A stretch of 64,000 nucleotides of DNA, from positions 254,944,001 to 255,008,000 of the forward strand of contig CM126208.1 of NCBI GenBank assembly GCA_052327205.1, in the 5' to 3' direction. Below are positions 46,111 to 59,365 of the stretch, one piece after another; the stretch's first letter is position 1; every line of letters starts with the position of its first letter. The notes beneath the pieces are model-generated. The model was not told the origin of the DNA and did no database searches. It saw nothing but the letters and a program-made list of their open reading frames with translations. A program made the translations under genes and the position numbers. Origin of the DNA: Somniosus microcephalus (Eukaryota).

Positions 46111-48059
46111 TCTATGTTCTGTACATTTTGGACTGAGTACAGTTCTCCTAAACATACAGTGAAATAACACTAAACATTGAAAGTCAAAATAGCTGGTATA
46201 ATATCATAGGATTTAATAACAGAAGCCTGACTCCCATTAAATCCCATCAGAAAGCTGCCAGGTTCAAAGCAACTTACCAAAAAAAGAATACAATTGCCCC
46301 CACGAATGCCACTTGGATACGTTATAAACAGTAACACAGTCGGAATGTGTTTGAAAGGCATAATAAATGTGAAGGTGCTGGGGAGGTTAATGCAACGTTA
46401 TTAAACCATTCAGACTTCACTCACACAGTTTACAGTACTATGCCTCCCAATAGGTATTGCTTTGTAACACCTCAGCCTGTGTGTTTTTTGATATGGAATA
46501 CACTCCTAAGTGTCTTATGTTCTATACAAATATAATATATAAATATTTAGAAAGAGGTGCAGTTTTTGCTTTTCACAGTTAGAAATGTGTTGGCAATACG
46601 GCATGCCTCGTGATACATTTAGTATTCCCTCAGGTCAGCGTCAGACAAATCCAATATTTATTCAGGTCCTCTGGCATTAAATTGATATGGACTGGATACT
46701 TGGAGTGACTGCAAAGCAGTAGTCTCATTGGATTCAAATGATGTCATAAACCTTCATGATTTATAAGCGCCATCTGAAACCCGAGATGAGATTACAATCT
46801 AAAATCACTCGAGGGTGTCAAAAATAACACGTGCTGTAAAGTTCATGGAGGTTGTTCAACTCAATCATAGTTTTCTTTGTTAGCACAAACTGTAATAGAA
46901 GACACGTGCCGTTGATTCATGACAGTTATGACATAACTACTGCAATTGAATCAAGCAATAATCCACTGTGGAGAATTGGGACATAACATGGTCAGAATAT
47001 ACAGCATAAACAACAGCTGAAAGTGTGTTGGAAGTGAACTTGAGGGGTTCAGAGAATGCATAAACTACAAAAGTGGATCTTAAGTGGTTTACAGTCATTA
47101 CAAGCCCCGGCAGTGTGCTCTAGCATGAACAAATGGCAAAGTTATATTTTATATTTAAATTTATATTTTTATTATACATACAATTTTGTACTATTTACCA
47201 TTCTGGAGCTGTTCCAGTGTGAGTCTGTGTGTACCATAGCTACTACCACTACACCGCTGGGATTTTCTGTGGTGTTTGTATCGCGGCTGGAAGAACGAGC
47301 ATTTTAAGCATTATTATGGAAGATGGGGGCAGGTGATTAAGAAGAAAGGTTTTGTGAGAAATTCCGTTGTACTCAAGCATAACACTCCTGTATTTTATGT
47401 AACTATTTAACATGTACTGACCATTGTTTTCTGGTTATTAGAAGCAGATTCTTTCTTGATAAACTAGCTGTGAGTAGATCACAATCATTAATCCATCAGT
47501 GAAGCTGTGATTATGTATCAAATACAGTAACCTGTCAATGTCTTGTCGTGACACTTGCAAAAACAACAACTTACATTTCTATAGCATCTCAAATGTAGAA
47601 AAATGTCCTAAAGCACTTTACAGAGGCCTAATCAGGCAAAAAAATGTCAAGCCAAGGAAGGAGATTTTAGGAGGGCTGACCAAAAGCTTTGTCAAAGTGG
47701 TATCACCTCCCAAACCCGCGACCTCCACCACCTAGAAGGACAAGGGCGGCAGGCGCAGGGGAACACCACCACCTCCAAGTTCCCCTCCAAGTCACACACC
47801 ATCCCAACTTAGACATATATCAGCTGTTCCTTCATCGTCGCTGGGTCAAAATCCTGGCACTCCCTCCCTAACAGCACCGAGGGAGCACCTTCACCTCACG
47901 GACTGCAGCAGTTCAAGGCGGCGGCTCACCACCACCTTCTCGAGGGGAGATAGGGATGGGCACTAAATGCAGTGAATCTCTGAGTTGCTCCAGCACAGTG
48001 ACAGCAGATCTGTCTTAAATCATTCCGGTTCTAGATCGAAAACACATGTTATAGAAGAA

Positions 48060-48490
48060 GAGCTTGCATTTCTGTAGCGCCTTTCACAACATCCCAAAGT
48101 CCTTCACAGCCAATTAAGTATTTTTGAAGTGTAGTCACTCTTGTAATGTCGGGAAATATGGCAGCTAATTTGCGCACAGCAAGGTCCCACAAACAGCAAT
48201 AAGATTAATTATCTGTTTGTTGGTTGAGAGATAAATATTGGCAAGGACATCTGGGAGAACGCTCCTGCTCTTCTTCATAAAGTGGGATCTTTTACATCCA
48301 CCTGAGAGGGCAGACAGGGCCTTGATTTAACATTTTATCCAAAAGACGGCACCTCCAACAACACAGCACTCCCTCAGTACTGCACTGAAGTATCAGTCTA
48401 GATTATGTGGTCAAGTTTCTGAAGTGGAGCTTGAACCTACAACCTTCTGACTCATAGGTGAGTGTGCTACCACTGAGCCATGGCTGACAC
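48060..48490 (-). mobile_element. Full-length Deu-SINE
   Basis: Head gtgtcagccatggctcagtggtagcacac..ggttcaagctcc on the minus strand, plus core and tail. Confidence 0.8.
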
Positions 48491-49949
48491 TTGTTATAGG
48501 TAACGTTAATATCAATAATCTAATAGTAGTGCACCTGTAAGTGGCTTGTGAGCACAATGTTATGAGAGTCATTAATTACTATGGAGCTCAGCTAATGTTA
48601 AGTGATAGCCACACTGTACTGAGCCAATGTTGCATTCTAATTAAATGCCTGAAACAATGTCACCACTTCTTGCAACTGAAGGCAATACATCTGTTCAATA
48701 AAGACCAATACTTCACTTATAACATTATGTTTATATGCACCTTAATTATTATTGTTATGATACTGTGAATGTTTAAATTAGAACCACTGGAAATTCCCTA
48801 TTAACTTATTGCAACTATTCCCATATTATTCATGCTTGAAATAACATGCTTCATCATTGCCCATTATCAACTTCTGAGATCATATTTATTATTTATACTC
48901 CCTTATGCCAGTGTACTACTTAATAAATAGAGGTTGTCAATCATGCAGAATTGAACACGCTCCACTGAAAGTATCCCCATGTTGGCACCAAGATCTTCCA
49001 AGTCAATGACCCTTGCTGGAAGTGTGTGTGTTCATTGTTGGGTGAGGAAGGGTTTGGGCTCACCTGTGATGCCCAATTCCTCGCAGCCTGCCAACACTCA
49101 TTGTCAAGGTTCACACAAAGACACTTGGGAAAAGTTCCAGAGGGCACTCATGGAAATGTATTCCACAAAACAGCAGGGCAGGAGAAAAAATTGGTAAAAA
49201 GGAAAGAAGATAACTGTTAAGGGCTGGTTAACGATTGCGAGAGCCTTGCTAAAGGTTTACGATAAGAAATATGCAGCTTTCCTCGGGGGATGGAAGTGGA
49301 GGACGTGAAAGGAAATTGTGTCCTGAACTCCCATTCAGAACAGGAGTTAATCATATGAAGAAAAGGAAAAAGTGGATGTATCAGCACATCATTGCCAAAA
49401 GTGAATTGAACAGAACAGCTTCCAGGCCCCTAAAAGCAGGTATTGTGTTATTTCTTAGCTGAGTTCAGAGCAGCTATGGGAGAAGGCAGGCCATGAGTGA
49501 AGAAGGCACAGGAGGAGGCAACCACCTACAGACAAACTACTCCAGTCTCTGTTATTTGTGCACGATGCACTGTTAGCAAGGACACCATGATTCACATCTG
49601 CTCCATGGCTCATGAGAATCTTCAGGTACAAAGAACCGAATTGCCCAACTGGTGACAATGTCACTCCTGTCCTCAATTAGGCTACAAAATCCTTCCAGTC
49701 ATCCACAGGTGACATTGCAGGAGTCAGTTCCCAGGTCTTCCACTGCTGTACTGAGCAGGCAACTGAGGCAATTTTAAAAAATTGTTCTTGGGGTGTGGGT
49801 AACACGGATAAAGCTGCATTTTTTATTGTTCATCCCCAGTTGCCTTGATTGTGGTGGGCCTCCTTCTTCATTGGCTGCCGATGGTGCTCAGTAGGGAATT
49901 CCAGAATTTTGACCAAGCTGCAATGAAGGAACAGCAGTAAAGAAGAAAG

Positions 49950-50255
49950 AAAGAACTTACATTTATATAGCGTCTTTCACAACCTTAGGATGTCCCAAAG
50001 TGGTTTACAACCAATTAAGTACTTTTTTTTGATGATGTCACTGTTGCAATGTAGGATCGTAGCAGTCAATTTGCGCACAGCAAGGTCCCACAAACAGCGA
50101 TGAGATAATGAGCAGATCATCTGTTTTAGTGCTGTGGGTTGAGGGGTAAATATTGACCCCAGGATACCGGGGAGAACTCCCCTGCTCTTCTTCAAAATAG
50201 TGCTGTGAGATCTTTTACTTCCACCTGAGGGGGCAGACAGGGCCTCGGTTTAACA
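49950..50255 (-). mobile_element. Deu-SINE, 5' truncated
   Basis: Similarity to 45790-46110. Confidence 0.75.
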
Positions 50256-50964
50256 ACACGAGGTAGAATTTCTGCAGGAGGTTCCCTGATCTTCCACCAT
50301 AACGAAAGATCAGTGGAAGCCCTGGAGAAATGGAGGCAACAGCTGTTTCCCCATTTCCACCCAAGTTACGGCAAGAGATCAGGAGATCCCCCATGGAAAT
50401 TCCAGACTTGTGCCTAAGTCAGGATGGTGTGTGAGTTGGAGGTGATAGTGATCTCACTGCCTTACTACATACCCATCTCTAATTGAGTTAAGATCAGCAG
50501 GACAAAGGCATTGAGAGTTTTTATTTTAAACTCTGGTAGCAGGACAATGCTTACTGCATACATGCAGCCATTTATTTGTCTACCAATAATACCATAGCTT
50601 AACTCAATAGGAAGAACTATTAATACATCATGACATAAATGGTATGTGACCCTTGGCCGGAAATCACACACATCAATGCAAATCACCCACTACATCTATC
50701 CCCAACTTCCTCGAATGTACCTGTTTCAATGGCAGTGGACCACCTGTGCTGGAACAACTCAGAGGTTCGGTGCTTTATGAAGATGTGCCTACTGTCGCTT
50801 GTACAGGTCTATGTGATGGCACAAGAGCCTGTAAACGGGCACTGGCGAACTGGCTGTGCCTGGGCTTTGTATGCATGTTACGGCTCAAAAGCATGAGCTC
50901 TTGAGGTCCTCTGGTTTATGAATGTAGAACAGTGGGATTTGTGAGTCTTTTGAATCCCTCCAAT

Positions 50965-51460
50965 CATAGAAGATTACAGCACAGAAGGAGGCCATTCAGC
51001 CCATTGTGGCTGTGCCGGCTCTTCGAAAGAGCTATCCAATTAGTACCATTCCCCTGCTCTTACCCCATAGCCCTGCAATTTTCTCCCTTTCAAGTATCTA
51101 TCCAATTCCCTTTTAAGTTACTATTGAATCTTCTTCCACCACCCTTTCAGGCAGTGCATTCCAGATCATAATAACTCAGTGTGAAAAAAATTCTCCTCAT
51201 CTCCCCTCTGGCTCTTTTGCCAATTACCTTAAATCTGTGTCCTCTGGTTACCGACCCTCCTGCCAGTAGAAACAGTTTCTCCTTATTTAATCTATCAAAA
51301 CCCTTCACGATTTTGAACACCTCTATTAACTCTCCCCTTAACCTTCGCTGCTCTAAGGAGAACAATCACAGTTTCTCTAGTCTCTCCACATAACTGAAGT
51401 CCCTCATCCCTGATACCATTCTAATAAATCTCTTCTTCACTCTCTCCAAGGCCTTGACAG
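50965..51460 (-). mobile_element. CR1 3' end
   Basis: ALERVKKRFIRMVSGMRDFSYVERLEKL; FSLEQRRLRGELIEVFKI. Confidence 0.85.
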
Positions 51461-52984
51461 CCTTGGTTGCTTCTGTGTGTTGCCCAAGTGAGTTGAACCT
51501 ATCCCCGACTGTTTGAGGCAAGTTCTCCAGATCACGTTCCACTGTCATGGGTATCAGTTGTATGGAGGCAAGTGACTGCTCAACATAGTCTTCCCAATGC
51601 AGGTTACATCAAGGTCTATGGCTTGTTGGACCGCCACCCTGCACTTGCTTGCCCCTAATCATCACCCACCTCTTCTGCTCCTTAATTACTATTAGGACTT
51701 CAGCTTTAAGGAAACAGTTCCCGTTCCATTACAAATTTAATATGGCTTGATTACTCAGTCATGTGACAAGATTGCCTCATTTTGATGGTTATTAATAAGC
51801 CAGGTAATATTTCACCACTTAGGTAACTCAATTATTAATTACACTATCCGTACTGTTGTCAAAGCCTTAACATATTACGTGCATTATTCATGCAATTCCT
51901 ATTGCTTTTAAATAATATTGTATCCGAGTCTTTCTGGCGAGGCTGGGGAGGAGTCTCGGAGACAGAAGGCGCTTTTCCCTTCCTTTCTTTTTCTCTTTTT
52001 TCCTTCCTGTCAGTGAGATGACGGAATCCCCAGTCTGTTTCCTCCTGTTTAATCCTGTTGCCTTGGACACCGTGGCAGTTTTCCCAACTCCAAGGGAGTT
52101 TTCTGCACCAACAATCCCCCAGCGTCTGAGAGCACAGGGCTGTTTGTGATTGTTTTAGCAAGGCTCCAGATGTTGCTGCTGCTGCTGCTGCATATACAAG
52201 GTGGACGGGCAAAATCCAGAGATAAAGGCATCAGGGGTTCTGGCCAGTTTGCTTTTGGTCGCTACCAAAAAAATGTTGGCTGCTTCTGAGCGATTTTATT
52301 CTTCCATCTTGTACATTAGTGCTGATTTCTTCAACAGGAATGCACAGAAGAGTTATTTTTGGCATTGAACCCCTTCCCCAATAAAGCAACACAAATAACA
52401 CACTTTTATTGACATTTTTTATAAATAAAATTGCAACCAGTCATTAATGCTATTTTTAAACAGTTTATGTCTGAAAAATCACATAGTAAACTTTACTTTG
52501 GAAACTCTCCAGTGCTTTTGCAAATGGATATGTGGCACAAATTGAAAAATGCACCATTTATGCTAAATATTGTTTGTTATTTGTGTATTGTTGCATTCAC
52601 AGTATTTATGCTACGCATATTTTTCTAAAACTGACACTGCGATGAGATTGAACAGAAAGATGATTGCACAATGAAATTAATACTATACCAACACAGTCTG
52701 ATGTTAATCATAACCTTAATGTGAAAATACAGCTTTCGGAGGCAGCAGCAGTTAGCAATATAAGTGTAATTCTTCAAGATGTAACTTGAGTGAGAGGCCC
52801 TGGGGCAACCAGCTAGTAAGCAGTCATGCAGTATTTTCTCTATTGTGTACAATGAGCACTATTAGAAATAGTCTTAATTGTTAAGATGTGTGTGTGAGTG
52901 TTTGTATGTGAATGCATCAGTGTGCAAATATGTGTGTTGTGTGTGTGTGTGTGTACATATATATGTGTGTGTGTTTGTGTCCAT

Positions 52985-54330
52985 AATATCGCTCAACTCC
53001 GTCCCGCCTCACCTCATCTGCTGCTGAAACCCTCATCCATGCTTTTGTTACCTCTAGACTCGACTATTCCAACGCTCTCCTGGCTGGGCTTCCCATCTTC
53101 CACCCTCCATAAACTTAAGGGCCTAAAAATTCGTTTGCTTTGTGCCTCTCGTTAGCACCCTAACAGGGCGCTAATGGGGCACAAAGCAACTAGCGCCCGG
53201 GCGTAGCACCGCCAACTCCTCCCGCAAAATTCAGCGGGAAGTTAGCGGCGGCAGTAACCGTTAGCCCCCTGCGGCGCTGCACTGCCGGCAATGACGTCAT
53301 CGCCGTGCGCAGCGCCCCGGCCACGATCTTTGGTAGCGCCCCGACTTACCGCTGGACACTATGTCCGACGGGGTCAGCGGGGCCTACCTGCGGCCGGGGC
53401 GGCGCTACTTAAAGGGAGGGTGCCGGGCGGCCATTTTTGTTGCTGGCCGCCTGCCAGCACCTGTCCCCCCTGCCGTCCCCGGCCTCCTGACCCGCCCCCC
53501 TCGCGGAGTGCCGACTGCGTTGCGTGAGCCCGGCACTTCTCTTGATCACTTTGCCGGCACTCCGATACCTGGTGGCCCAGCTGGGCCCTGGGTCGCGCTG
53601 CGCAAGGCCCCTCCCCTTGAAGAAGGGGAGGAAGGCCTGCATTACCGCGGCACGTAGCGCTGCGATATTCACTCGTAACGCCCCAAGAGGGAGGCGGGGC
53701 GCTTCCAGTAACACCCCGCTTCCGTCTTTGGGGTGCTACCAATGAATTTTGGCTGCGGGGATGCTAATTTTTTCGGGGTGCTAAAAGTAGCACCCCGGCG
53801 AAGTTAGCACCCCAAAAAGGGTTGATACTCAATTTTTCCCCAAGCTCACCAAAAGTCTGCTGCCTGTATCCTAACTCGCACCAAGTCCCGTTCACCCATC
53901 ACCCCTGTGCTCGCTGACTTACATTGGCTTCCGGTTAAGCAACACCTCGATTCTAAAATTTGTATCCTTGTTTTCAAATCCCTCAATGACCTCGTCCCTT
54001 CCTACCTTGGTAACTTCCTTCAGCCTTACAACCATCCGAGATCTCTGAGCTCCTCCAATTCTGGCCTCTTGGGCATCTCCGATTTTCACCGCTCCACCAT
54101 TGGCGGCTGTGCCTTCAGCAGCCGGGGCCCTAAGCTCTGGAATTCCCTCCCTAAACCTTTTCTTCTCTCTACCTCTCTCTCCTCCTTTAAGATGCTCTTT
54201 GATCAAGCTTTTGGTCACCTGTCCTAATATCTCCTTATGTGGCTCAGTGTAAAATTTTGTTTGATAATCGCTCCTGTGTAGCACCTTGGGACATTTTAGT
54301 ATGCTAAAGATGCTGTATAAATACAAGTAG
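52985..54330 (+). mobile_element. L2 LINE 3' end split by a MITE
   Basis: ETLIHAFVTSRLDYSNALL; PITPVLADLHWLPVKQ..KLWNSLP. Confidence 0.85.
53120..53841. mobile_element. GC-rich Harbinger-like MITE related to family A
   Basis: Ends ggcctaaaaatt...aatttttcccc; TSD aag/aag; tagcgcc/tagcacc motifs; cleanly interrupts L2. Confidence 0.75.
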
Positions 54331-55544
54331 TTGTGCGTGTATGTATGAGTATGCATGTGCATATGTATGAGTGTGCATGTGTGTACATGTGTATATTTGT
54401 GTGTGTGTGTGTGTGTGTGTGCACGTATATGTAAAAGATAGGCAGAACAACCAAAGCTCATTTATATATTGTAGCTACCAGTCTGCGAGCAGTAGCTACA
54501 GTATAGATCACAGCTAGACAGTACATGTTTTATACTGCCCTGCTCTAATTTGAATTCTAGTGGCCAGGAGAGAGCTCTGCTTATCCTCATGCACCGAGCT
54601 CAGCTCCCAGGCATTAACAATTACATGTATGGAGAGCGCAGGCAAACAGAGGAAAATGGATGGGCATTCACAACAGATACTACAGCCATGGACTGGAGTT
54701 ATACTCTACCTGAAATCAAGCCTAAGAAGGGGATCTCACATCGCTTCCCTTTAGTGCATCTGGAATCAGGACAGAGCCTAACTCCAGGATTTTAGTAGCA
54801 TTTTCCTGTTTTCAGAACCTAAACTGCTTGACATTGACACAAAACTGGGAATATAGGTGCAGCCTTATCTTTCATCTTTTCTGTGCAACACTCACTACTC
54901 CTACTGTTCCTTAATGCTTTTATTTCCCAGTGTGTCCTCTTTGCTGAGTTTTGGCTCTATATTCCCAGCATTGCATTTTTCACTTTTAAATTCTTTTTAA
55001 ACTATTCACTCAGTTCTCTTTGTGTGTATTTTAACTCCGAGTAATTGTTTCTCTTCTCTATCCTTCTGCTTTCTTTTCTCGAGCCAGTTCTGTGTTATCT
55101 TTGTGTTCCTCGACTTGAAAATGGAAAATTGGAAAGCCTTTCTCACCTGTTTTTGTGAATGGGAATTTTTGCAGGTAGAGAAGGGCACCATGTGGGTTTG
55201 TGAAGGCGAATCCTCTCATTGCTTTTTTTAAGTGAGTGAAATTTGAGCTAATCAGCGTGCTTCATATTATATGGACTCTCTGAACACTTTCCAATGCCCT
55301 ACAGTCAAGTTGGATATTTGACAGGCCCAAAACTTTCAACAGTATCCATTTTATGCTTCGCTATTTTTGTTCTGCTCTCTGTTCCTAAAATGCACCCAAA
55401 GCTGTTACCCAAAGACTATAAGGTCCGGCACAAATGCTGAATAAACTGAACTCAACGTGACTGGTTTGCAAAATTCAGCAACCAATTGACTTTGTAACGG
55501 ATCCGCTTCAGTCTCGAGTCTTGTCTTGGATGGCCTGATCTATG

Positions 55545-55918
55545 TAGGGTCGCCAACTCTGATTGGACATATTCCTGGAGGTTTCATCACATGACCTCCT
55601 GCCTCCAACCGCCCCGCCCCCACACTCCCACCATTGGTCGCCTAAAACGCCCATCCTCGCGGTTTAGCACCTCCCCCCCCCCACCAATTGGAAGGCAAAC
55701 AGATTGGACGATTCTTGACTGTGTCAAACCGCCTTTTTTTTCCAATCTCCAATACTTTTATTAACTAATAAATGAAAGTGCTCAAAGAAAACAAAAGAAA
55801 TACACTTCTATTTTAAGGCCCCTATGATTTCTCTCCTGGGCCACTCACAGCAGTGTCCTGGAGATTAACCTTTAATTCCTGGAGACTCCAGGCCAATCCT
55901 GGAGGGTTGGCAACTCCA
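55545..55918. mobile_element. hAT-like MITE
   Basis: TIR tagggtcgccaac...gttggcaactcca; degenerate 8-bp TSD gatctatg/gacgtatg. Confidence 0.7.
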
Positions 55919-57189
55919 GACGTATGGCATTTTCCTAATTGCCTGTGCGATGGGTGATGAAATGCCCCTTGCTGGGGAGCTCAGGGGCGACATTGCTGCT
56001 CATCACAAAATACTGTTCACTGCACCTTTAAGACCTGATTGTGTGATGCCAGAGCTACACCCACCTATGGCAAGGTGTTGGTAGCAAGGAAGGCTGTCCT
56101 CACTGAATTAATGAGGCCAGCCTCTACCTCTCATTTGAACAGGTTCCCACTGCATGAAAAACAGGGGCAAGGAAACCTTGCGTTCAGGCCACTTTCCCCC
56201 CCCCCCCCCGGGAGTGTGGGATTGGACCCTACACTCCTGACAGTTTCATTTGGAGGGTAATCGCTGGTTGGGCCGAATGTCCTGTTTCCAATAATGTAAC
56301 TTCTATGTATTTATTTCAATGATGGGAACCTGTGGAAGGAATTGGGGGCAGAGAGAGTTTTGGGTGTGCTGCCACTGCCTATATTGTTATTCCGACTCAC
56401 TCTGTCTCTCACAGTCAGTAGCACAGAGGCATACATTGTACAACAGTAACATGGCAGACAGTATTTTGACATCTTGCCTCTCTCCGAAGACATTCCTTCC
56501 TAAAACCCGTGGAACTCATCTCCCTTTGCTCTTCCCACAGGGCCTTCCCAAGATGAAGTAGCAACCAGCAAGTGAGCAGCTCGCAGTAGGTTACATCACC
56601 TGGCATGAGCACCATCACAGATCTTAGAATCCCAGGGCATTTAGATAGTGAGTTTGAGAGGGTGCACCAGGTGAATCAATCCTCAAAAGTGCGGAAGAGC
56701 AATTGGAGGTTGGCAGTTCAACAGGAGCAACGCTGCCACCCACAGGCAAAGGCTCCTGTGCTCCAGGGGCAAGGGATCGGTAACCTATTAGGGGCACCTT
56801 CAGAAAGGAGGCGATCAATGAGCAGAAGGCCTTCATGATATCTTCTCGGGCTGTGCCTGAAGACCCTGCAAGGGTTGCTGGTGACCGTGGAGGAGTGCAC
56901 CTCCGACCTCTCAGCAGAGAGGCATGAAAGGTTTACACAGCTGCAGTGCTCGGTGAAGCGTGCAGCAACATCACAGCAATGTGCCCGAGGTCCCCAGAGG
57001 ACAGAGGGGCTAAGCCCAGAGACAGTGTCTCTTACAAACGCTGTGACTGGAGCTATGGAGACCGTTGCTTCCAACTTACAGGAGTCTGCCCATACCAGGT
57101 TGACACAGAATTACACAGAATTTTACAACACTGAAATTCTGATTGTGATGCTGTACATCAGTCAAAGCAAATCTGAATCACAGTTTTAC

Positions 57190-58372
57190 ATAGAATTTAC
57201 AGCATAGAAACAGGCCATTCAGCCCAACTGGTCCATGCAGCTGTTTACACTCCACACGAGTCTCCTCCTACCCTATGTCATCTCACCCTATCAAGATAAC
57301 CTTCTATTCCTTTCTCCCTCATTTATTTATCTAGCTTCCTTTTAAATGCATCTGTGCTGTTCGCCTTAACTATTCCTTGTGTTCGCAAGTTCCACATTCT
57401 AACCACTCTTTGGGTAAAGACCTTTCTCCTGAATTCCCTATTGGATTTATTAGTGACTGTTGTGTATTTATGGCCCCTAGTTCTGATCTTCTCCACAAGT
57501 AGAAACATCTTCTCTATGTCCATCCTACCAAACTCTTTCATAATCTTAAAGACCTCAATCAGGTCACCTCTCAGTCTTCTCTTTTCTAGAGAAAACACCC
57601 CCAGCCTGTTCCGATTTCCTGATAGTTATAACCTCTCAACGGTGAATAATTTTTGCACCTTCTCCAGATTTAAAAGGCTGAGGGATCTACTCGATAGTGG
57701 GATTCAGTGATACCCTAGGGTCTGTTCTCGGAGAGAAGATATTTCCACTTGTGGGGGAGACCAGAACTAGGGGCCATAAATGAAAGACAGTCATTAATAA
57801 ATCCAACAGGGATTTCGGGAGAAACTTCTTCACTCAGAGTGGTGAGAATGTGGAACTCACTGCTACAGGGAGTACAGGAAACTCTTTCTTATCCGGCACC
57901 GGCGTGGTGCCGGTTGATCAAGAAGTCCGGATTACAGAGAGGTATACTTACCAAGGTACGAGAGCCCTGTACACGGCCACAGGTGCAGGAATCCCTGTTG
58001 CACGGCCACAGGTGCAGGAACCCCGGTTACACGGCCACTTATAGTAAAACTTACCTGAACCTACTCCTGAATTTTGCCGGTTAAGAGAGATTTCCAGATT
58101 GGAAACAGGTTAAGAAACAAAGGCTGGCTCTAGATGAAGTGCAGAATGAGAGACAGCTGCCATATGGGGGAGAAGAAAAAAAGACACAGTCAAAAAGTGT
58201 GGATAAAAAATATGATGGGGGCCGAGGTTATGGTGCCGGTTAAAAGAGTTTCCTGTAGTTGAGGCGACTAGCACAGATGCATTTAAGGGGAAGCTAGATA
58301 AGTACATGCGGGAGAAAGGAATGGAAGGATATGCTGATATGGTTAGATGAAGTAGGGTGGGAGGAGGCTCGT
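57190..58372. mobile_element. Two CR1 3' ends in opposite orientations (57190-57665 minus; 57730-58372 plus)
   Basis: FSLEKRRLRGDLIEVFKIMK..FTQRVVRMWN on minus; same family sequence on plus. Confidence 0.8.
57875..58255. mobile_element. Tc1/mariner (pogo/Tigger-like) MITE carrying a Penelope fragment
   Basis: TA TSD; TIR caggaaactct...agagtttcctg; internal 29-bp direct repeats cacggccacaggtgcaggaa. Confidence 0.75.
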
Positions 58373-58918
58373 CATCCAGGGGTGCCCAGCAACTGGGGCA
58401 TGGCAGGAGAAAGGACAGATGTGTCAACTTCCTTTCAAGCGAACTGCATGTCTGGAAAACCCATCAGTGCCAGTTCGCAGGCAGGCGCTGGTAGCCACTG
58501 CATTCACATATGTAGATCCAACTAGAACAGGGCTATCTCATGACACAATACCACCTCCATTTCTGCACAACTGCAGCCTGTCACCAGACTTGCCCCTCCC
58601 ACTCAGGAAGCAGTTGGACACAACACCGAGTTTCCTCGATTAAACTTGGATGTGGTTAAGGAATTGGCTGAAAGAGAGGAAGTCGGCGTTGGAGGAACAA
58701 TGTTGGGCTGGGGAAATGTACAGAACAGACTGCCCGAGGGGTTGCGGCCGAAGCCCTTTTCTGTTTCTGCTCTTCGAAAGGAGCCGGCGCAGACTCGATG
58801 GGCCGAATGGCCTCCTTCTGTGCTGTACTATTCTGTGATTCTAAATGATCTAGATTCAGAAACGTAAAGTAATTTGATCAAATATGATAGGGGCTGAGGA
58901 TATGATCTGAAAGATAAG

Positions 58919-59365
58919 GTTCGATTAGTCACTTTACAGCCTTCCGGACTCAACATCGAGTTCAACAATTTCAGACCATAACCTCGGCCCCCGTCATATT
59001 TTTTATCCACACTCTTTATCTGTCTTTTTTTCTTCTCCCCCACATGGCAGCTGTCTCTTATTCTGCCAGCACCATTTACACTTCATCTAGAGCCATCTTT
59101 TGTTTCTTAACCTGTTCCATTACCATCTCCTTTTGCCTTGAATGTCTCTTAATCTCTTCCCCCTTCTATCCTATCACAGACCTTCCCTTTTCTTTCATCT
59201 CCTCCCCACTTTCCCAGCCCTTACACATGCTTAAAAATCTGTTCCATTTCCTGCTTTTTTTTCCAGTTCTGACGAAAGGTCATCGACCCGAAACGTTAAC
59301 TCTGTTTCTCTCTTCACAGATGCTGCCTGACCTGCTGAGTTTCTCCAGCATTTTCTGTTTTTATT
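58919..59365 (+). mobile_element. Penelope-like element 3' end
   Basis: Encodes RLVTLQPSGLNIEFNNFRP*, resembling the C-terminus of PLE GIY-YIG ORFs; tail tgacgaaaggtcatcgacccgaaacgtt. Confidence 0.7.
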
